DNA of 64,000 nt from Macrostomum lignano. Lineage: Eukaryota. The stretch covers positions 62,001-126,000 of the forward strand of contig NIVC01000981.1 of assembly GCA_002269645.1 (NCBI GenBank), written 5' to 3'. Position numbers and translations under genes: made by a program. Below, in pieces: positions 33,011 to 44,530 of this stretch. How positions within the stretch are numbered: position 1 is the first letter of the stretch; each line of letters starts with the position of its first letter. The notes beneath the pieces were generated by a model. The model made no database searches and had not been told where the DNA came from. It saw only the letters and a list, made by a program, of their open reading frames with translations.

Positions 33011-33655
33011 ATAGTCCCATTGCTACTACCAGTGTTAGGCCTATGCTTCTCTAGCTATCCAACATAGTAGTCTAGCTTTCCATCTTCTGAACCAGAAGCC
33101 TTGTAACTCTTAGTAGCATAGGTAGTGCTGCTACTAGTCCATTAGGTCTTGGCCTTTGGTGAGCTAAGCTTCTGTTGGCACAAAATAATCAAGTTGGGCA
33201 AATAACATAGCATGCAGATTTGTAGCTTCAAAGTTGTCTTATCAACAAATCTTACCAGGCTTAATGGGGGATAAAAAGGCTATACTAGCCTCATGTAGGC
33301 TCAGAGTTGGCTTTAGGTGGTTTGCAGTCAGACTAGACTAATAATAGTGGGTTAATTGTATATGCAAAGTAAGAGTGGGAACTTGGAAAATGCAGTCGAA
33401 CTGAATAGTTAGAAGAAGAAAATCCTCAATAGACACGAGTGAGGGGGTCTATATTTATTTATAGCATAAGAATCCCTTTGTGTGTAAGACCTCGTGACTC
33501 ATTCTATTTTTAGAAATGATGTCATTTCCTGCCAAAGAAGGCAGGGGTCCGTGGGCTAAGTGCATAGAGCCACGTGACTTAGTGTCTATTTTTAGAAACT
33601 TGAGTCAGCTTACCTTAGGGAAGGTAAGGGTCCCATGGCATGTGATTCCTTAAAA
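33011..33655 (-). mobile_element. Old degenerate LTR of the same gypsy family (left stub at ~23066-23088), split by the EnSpm insertion
   Basis: Colinear blocks with the young LTR: TGGTAGGTCTTTGA, GTAGC(G/A)TAGGTAGTGCTGC, GC(G/A)TGCAGATTTG, TATTTATAGC, AAGACCTCGTGACTC(G/A)TTCTATTTTTAGAA, GCA(C/T)GTGATTC. Confidence 0.85.
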
Positions 33656-33948
33656 TTATTCTTTGCTTCAAATAAGATATGAATTACAAAAATATGTTAA
33701 ACTTGACTTTATTGGCATCCAGCCATCTGGAGTCCAAATTCAAGATGCCAAAATAAAATTTTATTGTCTCATAACACTAAAAGACTGTAACGCGCCTAGG
33801 GAATGATTAGCCTTTATATAAAACTATAAAAATAACATTTTCTTAAAGGTTAACTCGTATTTAACCACTTTGAATTTCAGTTTGTCAGCAACATTAAGCA
33901 TTGTCACCTTTTTTACCAAACAATTGTTAACTATTTCTATTCATTACC

Positions 33949-36900
33949 ATGTCAGCAGCTGCTGGTGATGCTGAAGACAGTTCATTGCAAGAAGTTCAAA
34001 CATTACGCAACTCACTGTCTAATGACTCAGTCGTAGCAGAGTTGCGCAATGAGCTGCTCAGTTTGCACAATAGAATTGATAGATTGGCTTCGTTAGAGCA
34101 ATTCAGATCTGAAGGCGAACGACTTCAGGCCAGTCTTGAGGACATGTGAGTTCAATGAATCTCTTTGGTATTCAGTAAGTATTCAGTAAGTTCAGTAAGT
34201 AAGATTGAAAGTATTCAATCTTTTTGGAATCCTTGTCCTAAGACCTAATATAATGCATTAAAAAAAACTCACAATGGTTGTGAATTTAGCTTGAAGCTTT
34301 AAATAGTCATCTACTCGTATGTGCTTTTTATTGTAAAATTGCTGAAATTTGAAATTTTATAAACTAAAATTTGCCATCCATTTAAATAAGTTAAATATGT
34401 TTGAATAAGGGAGTACGAGATCTGCTAGCAGGAAATCTGCTAGCCGAAGTTTGCTAGCGAGAAATTTGCTTGCCGAAATCTGCTAGCCGAAGTTTGCTAG
34501 CCGAAATGTGCTAGCCGAAATGTGCTAGCCGAAGTTTGCTAGCCGAAATGTGCTAGCCGAAATCTACTAGCCGAAGTTTGCTAGCCGAAATGTGCTAGCC
34601 GAAATCTGCTAGCCGAAGTTTGCTAGCCGAAATCTGCTAGCCGAAATCTGCAAGCCGAAGTTTGCTAGCCGAAATCTGCAAGCCGAAGTTTGCCAGCCGA
34701 AATGTGCTAGCCGAAATCTGCTAGCCGAAGTTTGCCAGCCGAAATCTGCTAGCCGAAATCTGCAAGCCGAAGTTTGCTAGCCGAAATCTGCTAGCCGAAA
34801 TGTGCTAGCCGAAATCTGCTAGCCGAAATGTGCTAGCCGAAATCTGCTAGCCGAAGTTTGCTAGCCGAAGTTTGCTAGCAGGAATTTTGCTAGCGAGGAT
34901 TTTGCTAGCCGAAATCTGCTAGCAGGAATTTTGCTAGCTGCCTTGCTCTCGTAGCTGTTGCATGTTATTTGCTGTGTTTTGATTCCGATTTGAGCTGCTT
35001 TGATTTGTACGAATAAATATATAACTTATATACCATATACTGCCACTACCAGCCATTAAGACTGAAAGTTGTGTGTATAGATAAGTTTAAATTTAACTAC
35101 CTGAACTACAGCTGCCTGAGCTACCTGAACTACGGCCTTACAGCTGATAATGCTAAAACATTATCAAATGTCTACGAGTAAAAAGGACAAAAATTATAAA
35201 TGATTTTGACGATTTCCAAGTGCAGTTTTAGCATATACAGTACTTTAGCATATAGTAACACACATGTTGGTGTATAGTATCTATAGCTAGATACATGTAT
35301 GTCCAAGGTACAATTTACTATAGCTATATGTATTGTTAATGTATAGATATTTTCCATCGCTTACGGCACTGTGTACAAGCAAAAACTCTATGCTGGTGTG
35401 GCCCACAAGCTCTTACCCTGTGATCATGGATGTAATATATTTACTTTATTCAATATTGTTAGCTCGGAGTCGATTATTGAATCACTTTCACTTGACAATC
35501 AAGCTGCATGCTCTCGCGGCTTACTTTGCCTTCTTTCGTTCTTTTTTATTTATTCTTTAGCGCTGCCTTTGCTCATTACAACTCTATGGGTTTGGCCAAA
35601 GACAGCATACCGACGCACACACAAGCCGATACTAACAATATATTATATATTGCAATTTGAAGATCACTGCTAATAAGCACGATAAAGAGAGTCATTAGAG
35701 CGAAAAACGCAAATTTATTTGTCCTGCATGATAAGTCCTGCAAAGTTTCTTGCGAAATTGGACAAGAAAAAATGTCTCTAGCAAATTAAAACTTCGTAAA
35801 TTGCTGTTCGCCGGTTTTGGTTAGATTATCGCTAGCAGATTTCGGCTAGCAAAATCCTCGCAAGCAAAATTCCTGCTAGCAAACTTCGGCTAGCAGATTT
35901 CGGCTAGCACATTTCGGCTAGCACATTTCGGCTGGCAAACTTCGGCTAGCAGATTTCGGCTAGCACATTTCGGCTGGCAAACTTCGGCTTGCAGATTTCG
36001 GCTAGCACATTTCGGCTGGCAAACTTCGGCTAGCACATTTCGGCTAGCACATTTCGGCTGGCAAACTTCGGCTAGCAGATTTCGGCTAGCACATTTCGGT
36101 TAGCATATTTTGGCTAGCAAACTTCGGCTAGCACATTTCGGCTAGCACATTTCGGCTAGCAAACTTCGGCTAGCAGATTTCGGCAAGCAAATTTCTCGCT
36201 AGCAAACTTCGGCTAGCAGATTTCCTGCTAGCAAATTTCATAGACCCGTTTGAATAATTCAATATGCACCTAAATATTTAATTACACAGCAAGACTAATT
36301 GGTCGGCCCACTATTCCGCTTGGCGTGTGAGTCGGGACGAGCAAAACAGTAAATTAAGTGAGTAAATTTACTCTATCGCCTGTTTCCTATTTACATTATT
36401 AAAGTACTTGACTCGTTACTCTAAGAATATCGCTATTAACATTTTAGTGAGCATTGAGAAGCGTCTGAATTCTTTAGAGTCAGATTCAACTGCGCTAGGT
36501 AAACGACAAACCCAGTTGGAACAGGTAATATTATAATGCTGGTTACGAGCATATTGTGCGCTTATTTTCTCTTATTCTGTCTTCCTTTCCATATTTCATT
36601 TTTATTTGATTTGTGTGAGCTAGACCATTTCATTAGTGAGGTCGCCATTTCATTTCTGATCTAAGTCATTCATTAGTGAGGTCGTCATATCATTTCTGAT
36701 CTAAGTCATTCATTAGTGAGGTCGTCATTTCATTTCTGATCTAAGTCATTCATTAGTGAGGTCGTCATATCATTTCTGATCTAAGTCATTCATTAGTGAG
36801 GTCTTCATTTCATTTCTGATCTAAGTCATTCATTAGTGAGGTCGTCATTTCATTTCTGATCTAAGTCATTCATTAGTGAGGTCGTCATTTCATTTGTGCG

Positions 36901-39900
36901 ATCGCCATTTCATTTCTAATGAAAGTCATTCATTTGTGAGGTCGTCATTTCATTTGTGAGATCGCCATTTCATTTCTAATGAAAGTCATTCTTTTGTAAG
37001 GTCGCCATTTCATCTGTGAGATCGCCATTTCATTTGTGAGGTCGCCATTTCATTTGTGAGGTCGCCATTTCATTTGTGAGGTCGCCATTTCATTTGTGAA
37101 CGTTGTATCGCACGAGTATCGACGAATCACACGTGTTCGTCATCAGATTTCATCGCTGATTGTTTATTGAAGAGAGGGTGCCAGGCTTTTGTCCAACATA
37201 ATCAGCTTTGCCAAGTGACAAGTGACGTTATTTACAGTCTGTTAACGCTTCAAGTGAGATTTATCACGTAGTTTTAACCGTGTTTCTGAGTTCATTGAGC
37301 CTGAGCCGTATTAAAGACGTTTAGTATAGGTAGATAGATCAACGGTTTGTACTTTCCAGAAGTACACTCAAGAGTCGTTTAAGCAGTAGAGTTTAGGACG
37401 TCTGCAACACGTAGTAAGTGGCATTTTTTCGAACTAATAATCCAACTTTGATGTCGCTAAAGCTAAACTCAATTGGCGCGAATTAGTCTTGCACTGTCCT
37501 CTTGGTTTGCTAGCTAAGACGAACTTTAACATCCAATGAAGTTGATTCTATTGATTCTGATCAGCAAAGCGAAACTCTGATTGGCTGTTGCTTCAAACTG
37601 AAAAGACATGATTTAAACTGCTGCCGCACATCCTTGCTTCATTATCTAAAAACAAGTTGGATTCAGTCCTTTGCTAAAGTCTACAATTCGAACCAAAAAT
37701 GATTGACAACGCGAGTGTAGCAGGTCTTGATGAAAATAATGTCACAGGTGCTGAGCTGGACAACTTTGATTCTCTGGAGATTAAGATCGCCGACATCTTC
37801 TTTCTTATTGTCGGAATCTGCGTCGGAGTCTGCGGAAACCTGCTCATGATCCTCTCCATAACGCTCTTTAAGCAGCTCAAGTCAGCCACCAACATTCTGG
37901 TGGTGAACATCGGCATAGCCGATCTGCTCGTGTGCTCATACTCGATCCCAGCCACCCTGGCTAACCGCATCGCTGACAGCAATGTCTTCAACGACGTCAC
38001 TTGTCGCGTGAACGCCTACGCTCTGTTCTCAGCCGCCGGAGTGTCTAACTTCAGCTTCACACTGATTGCGGTAACTCGGAACCTGTACGTCATGCGCAGA
38101 GTCGTGTACCAGAGGAACTTCACGGACTCAAAAATGATTGCATACTGCGTAGCCTGCTGGATATTCTGGTTTCTCGTCAGCGGTCTGTTCTGGTGGCAAG
38201 GAGGATTCGGATACATTCCTGAGGCGTTCATCTGCTTCTACTATGACAATGACTCGCCGTTTACATTGAGCTTCCTGCTCACCTTGCTGGGAGTGGCGAT
38301 TCCGTCACTTCTCGCTGCTGGTTGCTACGTCAATCTATTCTACAAGCTGTTCCGTATACGCAATCAGTCCGAGAACTCAGTCTCTGGTGATACAAGCGAT
38401 ACATCCGTGAGCAAGGAATGGAAAGCTGTGGCTCCAGTGCTAGCCGCTTTCATAACCTTCAACCTGTGCTGGGGTCCCTACAGCATCCACGTGTACATCG
38501 ATAAGTTTTTTGCGCACGTGGGCGCGATTCCGCACAAGGTTTTCACCTGGCTCGCTGTGTTCAACTCGATGCTGAACCCGATCATCTATGGTGTGCTGAA
38601 CCCGAATTTTCGTCGCTGTTACATGCGTCTGATTCGCGTTGCGTTCGCTTGTCGAGCCTGCAAGCGGTCCGCAGCCGTGACGCCAGCTGACAGCGGTGGT
38701 ACAAGCTAGTGATTAGTTTTCGTTCTTGGATACAAATCTTGACAAAAGAAATTTTCTGATGAAATTTAAGATCTTTTTTGATCTCTCGAAAAGATTGTAG
38801 CCACAATGCAGCATAAATGCAAAAAAAACAAAAAAATATTGTGGCAAATAAATCTCCCTGACGGCAGTCGATTCCTTGCAAGCAATTTTGTAGTCGTTTT
38901 GTTTTCCTCTTTGAATATCTTCAACGGTGCAGCAATTTTGCAAATAAATATTGCATCGGTAATCGGAAACCTTGAGAGTATTTATTTAAAATGGCTATAC
39001 ATTAGCGTTTGAGTCCTAGCGTAGCGGAGTCTTTGAAGTATTGTTCAATCTAATAGTTTTTTTACCGCTTTGCGCAAAAATCAAGGATTAAATTGCAATC
39101 GCACTGCGATTTCTTGATGATTTAATTTCGACAAAACAAAGGATACAATTGCTGTTAAGCCCCTTCATGTTGATCGTTTTTTGTCTTAGTCAACGTCTTA
39201 TTGAGTTCGACAACATCATCGAAGTCCGATTGAAAATACTAGATCTTTGTTAACAACCTGTTAACAGCCTGTCCTAACCGATTTACTGAATTTAGTGCCA
39301 AAAAACTGAAAGTCAGTCAATCACAGTGCCATTTGGTATCCTGTCTCGTGACTCAGACCGTTAACTTGAAATTCAGGTTGCTAGCTGGAATTAGGTAAAA
39401 AGTAAAAAAAAACAATACCGACATCTTTACCCTTACCCACAGATACTATATAATATAATAGATACTATATAGTATCTGTGCCCTTACCCTTTACATTGCT
39501 GAGTCTCTTTGATCTACAGAAGGTGTAGCAAAGGTCTGCAGACTCCATACTTACAGATTACTCAAATTTGACAATCAATAAAAATTTTGAAGTCCTAAAA
39601 ATCCTAGTATTATAATTATTGATAGTTAAAGTGAAATATGAATTACATACAATGTGGAATTTAAATTAGATGACATCGAGCTGGGAAAATTGAGTGCCAA
39701 AGTCAGTTTAAATTCAGAATGCTCAGTTTTATACAAATTTTCAATTGAATAAAATACTTTAAATAAAAATTTTTAAGCAGAGTCACTACAAGGGCGTTCA
39801 GAAAGTTCGGCATGGGCTGATGCACTTTTGCTCTAGCTGTAGCCTTCGCCCTTGCCAGTCTCATTCCAGCGGCAGTATGGCACCTTTACCCCTTTCTTGC

Positions 39901-41733
39901 ATGTGATTTGTCTTTTTATTTGAAAATCTGCACAAGATGCGGATTGAAGATCTACGGTGCAACACATCGTAGAGGCTGCTCGCCCGTCATCTGGCACCTT
40001 GCACTCCATAATTATCAGCATCCTGGGCTTCAACTGTCTCCTGCGTGATGGCGTTGTTGAGGCGGCCAGATCGCAGCTTATTAAAAGTGGTGCTTCCTCC
40101 CCTTTCGAAGTCTGCCATCCAGTTCTTCACCGTCGAATATCATTGAGCATCTTTCTCGCCCAGTGTTTTCACCATGTCCTCAAAAGCGTGTTTTGTTGAG
40201 AGCCCTTTTAAGTGGATGTCCTTCATCACAGCTCGAATTGCAGATTTTCGAATAAAAAGACAAATTTTATGCAAGGCAGAGGGCATGCTAAGAGGGAATC
40301 TGCTGCCAGGGAAGGAAAAAGAGAAGTTGCATGCTGCTTGAATGAGACTGGCAAGGGCCGATGAATGCATTTCAATGGTACTAAAGCTGCAGTTAGAGAA
40401 AAATTGGACGAGGCCACACTTAAACGCACTTCGTATTCTTACGGAAGTCGCTTCATGCTCCTATGTAAACCAGTTTAAGGCCACAGAATATACACAGAAT
40501 GCTCAATCACGCATTTTCCATGAAGCCGAATAAAATTCGTGCTCACTACCTTAGTTGGGAAGTCTATGGCCAAATGTACCGGCAAGCAGGTCGTGAGCTC
40601 TCTCAGTTGATGCAGTGGAGTCCGCTGAAATCAGATCATCGCCTTGCAACCCAGGACCCTGCGCAATTGCACTTGCTTCTACATGGGCCTGAAATTCGCC
40701 CAGCAAATTGCTGCCATCGTTCTCGCAGTTGCTGTTGGTCTGCGATTAACAGCCCAACAACTGGGTTGACAGAAAAGGATCGCAAAGCTGCCACGGCCTC
40801 TCGACACTCCCGTCTGTTATTGAAGCTGCCTCTGCACTTCAACAAAACAACAGGAATAGTCCGATGCGATTTCTTTTCTTGCACTGCTTCATTAATAAAA
40901 AAAGTAGATTCGGCACTAAGTAATTTCTGTGGATAATTCTGTCACTTGTTCCGTCCGGCTTTACGCCTCGGTGGTGCTTACCATGTCTCAACCTCACTTT
41001 CTGCTGGCTTGTCCGTGTTTTAGTCTATGGCCGCATACATTAATATTTGTCTATAATCTGAAGTGCTTACAATTAAGCACTAAGGGAGGTGGCTTCATAT
41101 GCAAAGATGAAAGGGCAGACTCATATACAAGTATAGACTCTTGGACTGAGGTCTTCGAGAATCCAACCTATAAGTGCATTGGAACGTTAAAACACACTGT
41201 TACGAACTTGATTCAACAATCCGAGCTGTAGTTCACATTCAAAACCCCCCCCCCCTATTCCAATTCCATAGGAACTGCATCAAGTTCGCATGCAACAAGC
41301 GGGTCTATTAGCTTCAATGAGCGTCTTAGAGAAGCACGCTGCCTCTTGTCCGCAGTATCAGCAACAGCAGCTGCTGCAACGAGTTGTAGAACAACCGGAA
41401 CCAGACGATGCTGTCATAGATAGTCTAAAATCGCGCTTGGCCCGTGTAGAGTCGTTCATGCAGCAGCAACAGCGTGGCGGCATGAACTCAACTCGTCATA
41501 GGCATCACCGTAGGCGACACCAATCGCCGCCTTCGTCGCCGAATTCATCACCTTCGCCAAACGAACATTCGTCATCAATATCGGATACTAATAATGACAC
41601 CAGGCTGATGGAGAACGGTACTGACTGCTACAAGTACGAATGCAACCGAGATTGCAATCGTAGGCGGGCGTCCAGTACCAGCAGCGGCTGGTCTGAGGAA
41701 TCTCTGCATGGCTTGGACTATTCTAGCGATTAG
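33949..41733 (+). CDS. Uncharacterised coiled-coil protein (~256 aa, 4 exons)
   Basis: Exons 33949-34145, 36290-36324 (weak donor), 36448-36524 and 41272-41733 join in frame (…SLEDIKTNWSAHYSAWLSIEKRLNSLESD…QLEQ|ELHQVRMQQ…). Heptad-like L/E/R pattern. No family recognised. Confidence 0.5.
34409..36247. mobile_element. Non-autonomous foldback/Mutator-like element (1839 bp) with inverted arrays of a 14-bp unit
   Basis: 10-bp TSD GTTTGAATAA at 34399-34408 and 36248-36257; GGG...CCC termini; arms 34409-~34940 and ~35828-36247 are reverse complements built from GCTAGCCGAAATCT/GCTAGCCGAAGTTT units; no internal ORF. Confidence 0.88.
36620..37100. repeat. 40-bp minisatellite grading into a 20-bp sub-unit array
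   Basis: CATTAGTGAGGTCGTCATTTCATTTCTGATCTAAGTCATT units are followed by CATTTGTGAGGTCGCCATTT units. Confidence 0.9.
37699..38709 (+). CDS. Intronless class A (rhodopsin-like) GPCR, 336 aa, orphan (loosely melatonin-receptor-like)
   Basis: Seven hydrophobic segments; GN (TM1), NIGIADLL (TM2), C before TM3, W in TM4, CF in ECL2, CWGP (TM6), NSMLNPIIY (TM7); N-terminal NAS and NVT sequons. Confidence 0.95.
   Translation: MIDNASVAGLDENNVTGAELDNFDSLEIKIADIFFLIVGICVGVCGNLLMILSITLFKQLKSATNILVVNIGIADLLVCSYSIPATLANRIADSNVFNDVTCRVNAYALFSAAGVSNFSFTLIAVTRNLYVMRRVVYQRNFTDSKMIAYCVACWIFWFLVSGLFWWQGGFGYIPEAFICFYYDNDSPFTLSFLLTLLGVAIPSLLAAGCYVNLFYKLFRIRNQSENSVSGDTSDTSVSKEWKAVAPVLAAFITFNLCWGPYSIHVYIDKFFAHVGAIPHKVFTWLAVFNSMLNPIIYGVLNPNFRRCYMRLIRVAFACRACKRSAAVTPADSGGTS
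39789..40433 (-). mobile_element. Internally deleted mariner/Tc1 element with a decayed transposase N-terminus
   Basis: TA-flanked ends TA|CAAGGGCGTTCAG… and …ACGCACTTCG|TA. The minus strand reads IRAVMKDIHLKGLSTKHAFEDMVKTLGEKDAQ*YSTVKNWMADFERG…RSGR…TQE, which matches the mariner HTH region. Confidence 0.8.
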
Positions 41734-41914
41734 TTTCTTGAAGCTGAAGAAGACCATGGTTGTGTGCGATTTAGTTCGTTTTTCTCAGTGGCTGTGTCCG
41801 TCTAGGGACCTGTGTATGTGTTGGGGCTGTGAGACCATCGTGATATATCGCATTGAAGGTTTATTCGTACTCTTAAAGTGTCGCATAAAATATGCGGTGC
41901 AGAATCAGGTTTTA

Positions 41915-42450
41915 GACTGGTTCATCATCTCTAGGGGTGAGATTCTGTACCGTGGTTCATCCTCTCTAGGGGTGAGATCCTGTACCGTGGTCCATCATCT
42001 CTAGGGGTGAGATTCTGTACCGTGGTTCATCATCTCTAGGGGTGAGATCCTGTACCGTGGTCCATCATCTCTAGGGGTGAGATTCTGTACAGTGGTTCAT
42101 CCTCTCTAGGGGTGAGATCCTGTACCGTGGTCCATCCTCTCTAGGGGTGAGATCCTGTACCGTGGTCCATCCTCTCTAGGGGTGAGATCCTGTACCGTGG
42201 TCCATCCTCTCTAGGGGTGAGATCCTGTACCGTGGTCCATCCTCTCTAGGGGTGAGATTCTGTACCGTGGTTCATCATCTCTAGGGGTGAGATCCTGTAC
42301 CGTGGTCCATCATCTCTAGGGGTGAGATCCTGTACCGTGGTCCATCCTCTCTAGGGGTGAGATCCTGTACCGTGGTTCATCATCTCTAGGGGTGAGATCC
42401 TGTACCGTGGTCCATCATCTCTAGGGGTGAGATCCTGTACCGTGGTCCAT
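41915..42450. repeat. 35-bp minisatellite (CTAGGGGTGAGATCCTGTACCGTGGTCCATCATCT)
   Basis: About 15 tandem units. Confidence 0.95.
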
Positions 42451-42861
42451 CCTTATTATTTTTTTCAATTTCGATGGTCACACGCACGCTACTTATAGTG
42501 AGGCATCAAATGGTTTTAATTAATTTATTTTACGAATAAAATAAGCGCCTTCTCTACTTTAATTAGTAGGCCGGTGGTGCTTGCATTGAATATTTATGCC
42601 TTGCAGACTGCTTAATTTGTTTTTTATTGCTAATATCATTCCAACTTAACCACTTAACAGCATTAATTCCTCGGAACTCTTTTCTTTGTCTATTCATCCG
42701 CTAATCTTTACTGCTAGTATTACTTGAAGTGTTTATTTCTCACTTGGCTATGCCGACAGCGTCGAATTAACTGTCCAAGTTTATTTGATTGATAGCTTCG
42801 AAGCTGGCTGTGGATTGGACTTTAAGGCTTTAAAAATACACCTCTGGATAGCAATGTATGC

Positions 42862-42889
42862 TGTCTGCCTGTCTGTCTGTCTGTCTGCC

Positions 42890-42959
<70 letters not shown>

Positions 42960-43089
42960 CCTGTTTGCCTGTCTGCATGTCTGCCTGTCTGCCTGTCTGC
43001 CTGTCTGCATGTCTGCCTGTCTGCCTGTCTGCCTGTCTGCCTGTCTGCCTGTCTGTCTTAGTGTCTGTCTGTCTGCCTGTCTGTCTTAG

Positions 43090-43142
<53 letters not shown>

Positions 43143-43155
43143 TAGTGTCAGTCTT

Positions 43156-43210
<55 letters not shown>

Positions 43211-43212
43211 GC
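42862..43212. repeat. (TGTC)n microsatellite
   Basis: Direct inspection. Confidence 0.97.
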
Positions 43213-44530
43213 CAGTCAGTGAGTGAGTCAGTCAGTTTTAGCGCAGTCTACAGATCAGGAGCCGGCAGCAACGATTTCAGCTTAAATAACACAATTCCAT
43301 TAAGTCATTGCTATAAATTTACTTAGGTCGTCACAGATTTGAATTTCTTCCAACTATTTTTTGTTCTTATTTTTATTTAATCAACTTTTTTTACCATCAG
43401 AACATCTTGTCGGGTCCGCCCCTTGACTAATTGAGCTCAAGTTATAAATGAATATGAACTTTTTTATAGTGTTTAATTTATACAGAAAGCAGCTCTGCGC
43501 TTGCTACAGATTCATCACTGCCCAGGCCAGTTGAAGGACATGACCGTTTTTAGCAAACAGTTTTTTGTTGTGCTAACGAATTATAATTGGAGTTTTCCAT
43601 GGAGACCAACTTGGCAGTTACCTGTCAGTCCTGTCTGTTTATATTGATTTTCATTTTCTGTCATTTTGTTCGGCTTCTACTGCTGCTTGTTGTTATAGCT
43701 TTGCTTTTTCTGTTAAAGACTATGTTTATTTTGGAGATGTTCAGACAATATGTTTATGAAATAAAATAGTTTGTTATACTTTAGATTGGCGCTGATACAT
43801 GATGCTTATATTATATCTTCTAACCTGCATCAAGCCAAGGTAATAATATGAATTATTAATAAAACTGTGTAAGCATTGGTTCTGTTTGCTCTATATATTA
43901 TTTTGTTTCTTTATAGCCGCTTCTTTATTCACTAGTATTTTAAGCCATTTGAGTTTAAACAAGTGATTTTAGTAGTACAATTTTGAGATGCACCTTCAAA
44001 ATCCCGTTGATAACTTTTTTCCGTGACAAGACTTAGTGACTCTATACTTATAGCGACTGTTGAGTCACGAGGGCATCACATGAGTTTCAGAATCGTCGCC
44101 AAAAAATCATTTAAGACTCGATGTGTTAGCGCTTAACTTCCTACTAGACTCGAGTAGGAATATATAGACAGACTCGAGATCTATACAGACGACTCTTTGA
44201 CGACTTGTACACTACGTGTCGTTTTAGAATTGTCTAGTGTCACTTCTTTCCTATAATATTTTTACCTGTGTTACCTGCAACGACTGGAGGGACGCAGCTG
44301 TTTTGACCGGGGAAGGTTATTTTTAAAAAAATGACCTTTAAATATCATTTTGGACGTGGACTTCTGTACTGTACTTTTAATTATAAGTACTTTAGCAAGT
44401 TGTACTTTTGAATTTATTTTGAGCAATGTACTTTCATAGAAATGTACTTTAAAGTCTACGCTATTCTATCCTAAGTAATATTAATTTCAATGTGAAATTT
44501 CAGTGATTCGCTAATTAAATCATCCTGGCC

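Noticed and set aside
40600-40890. Possible LINE (RTE-like) fragment, …LLIADQQQLRERWQQF…
   Set aside because: One short motif resemblance; no RT or endonuclease motifs recoverable in adjacent frames.
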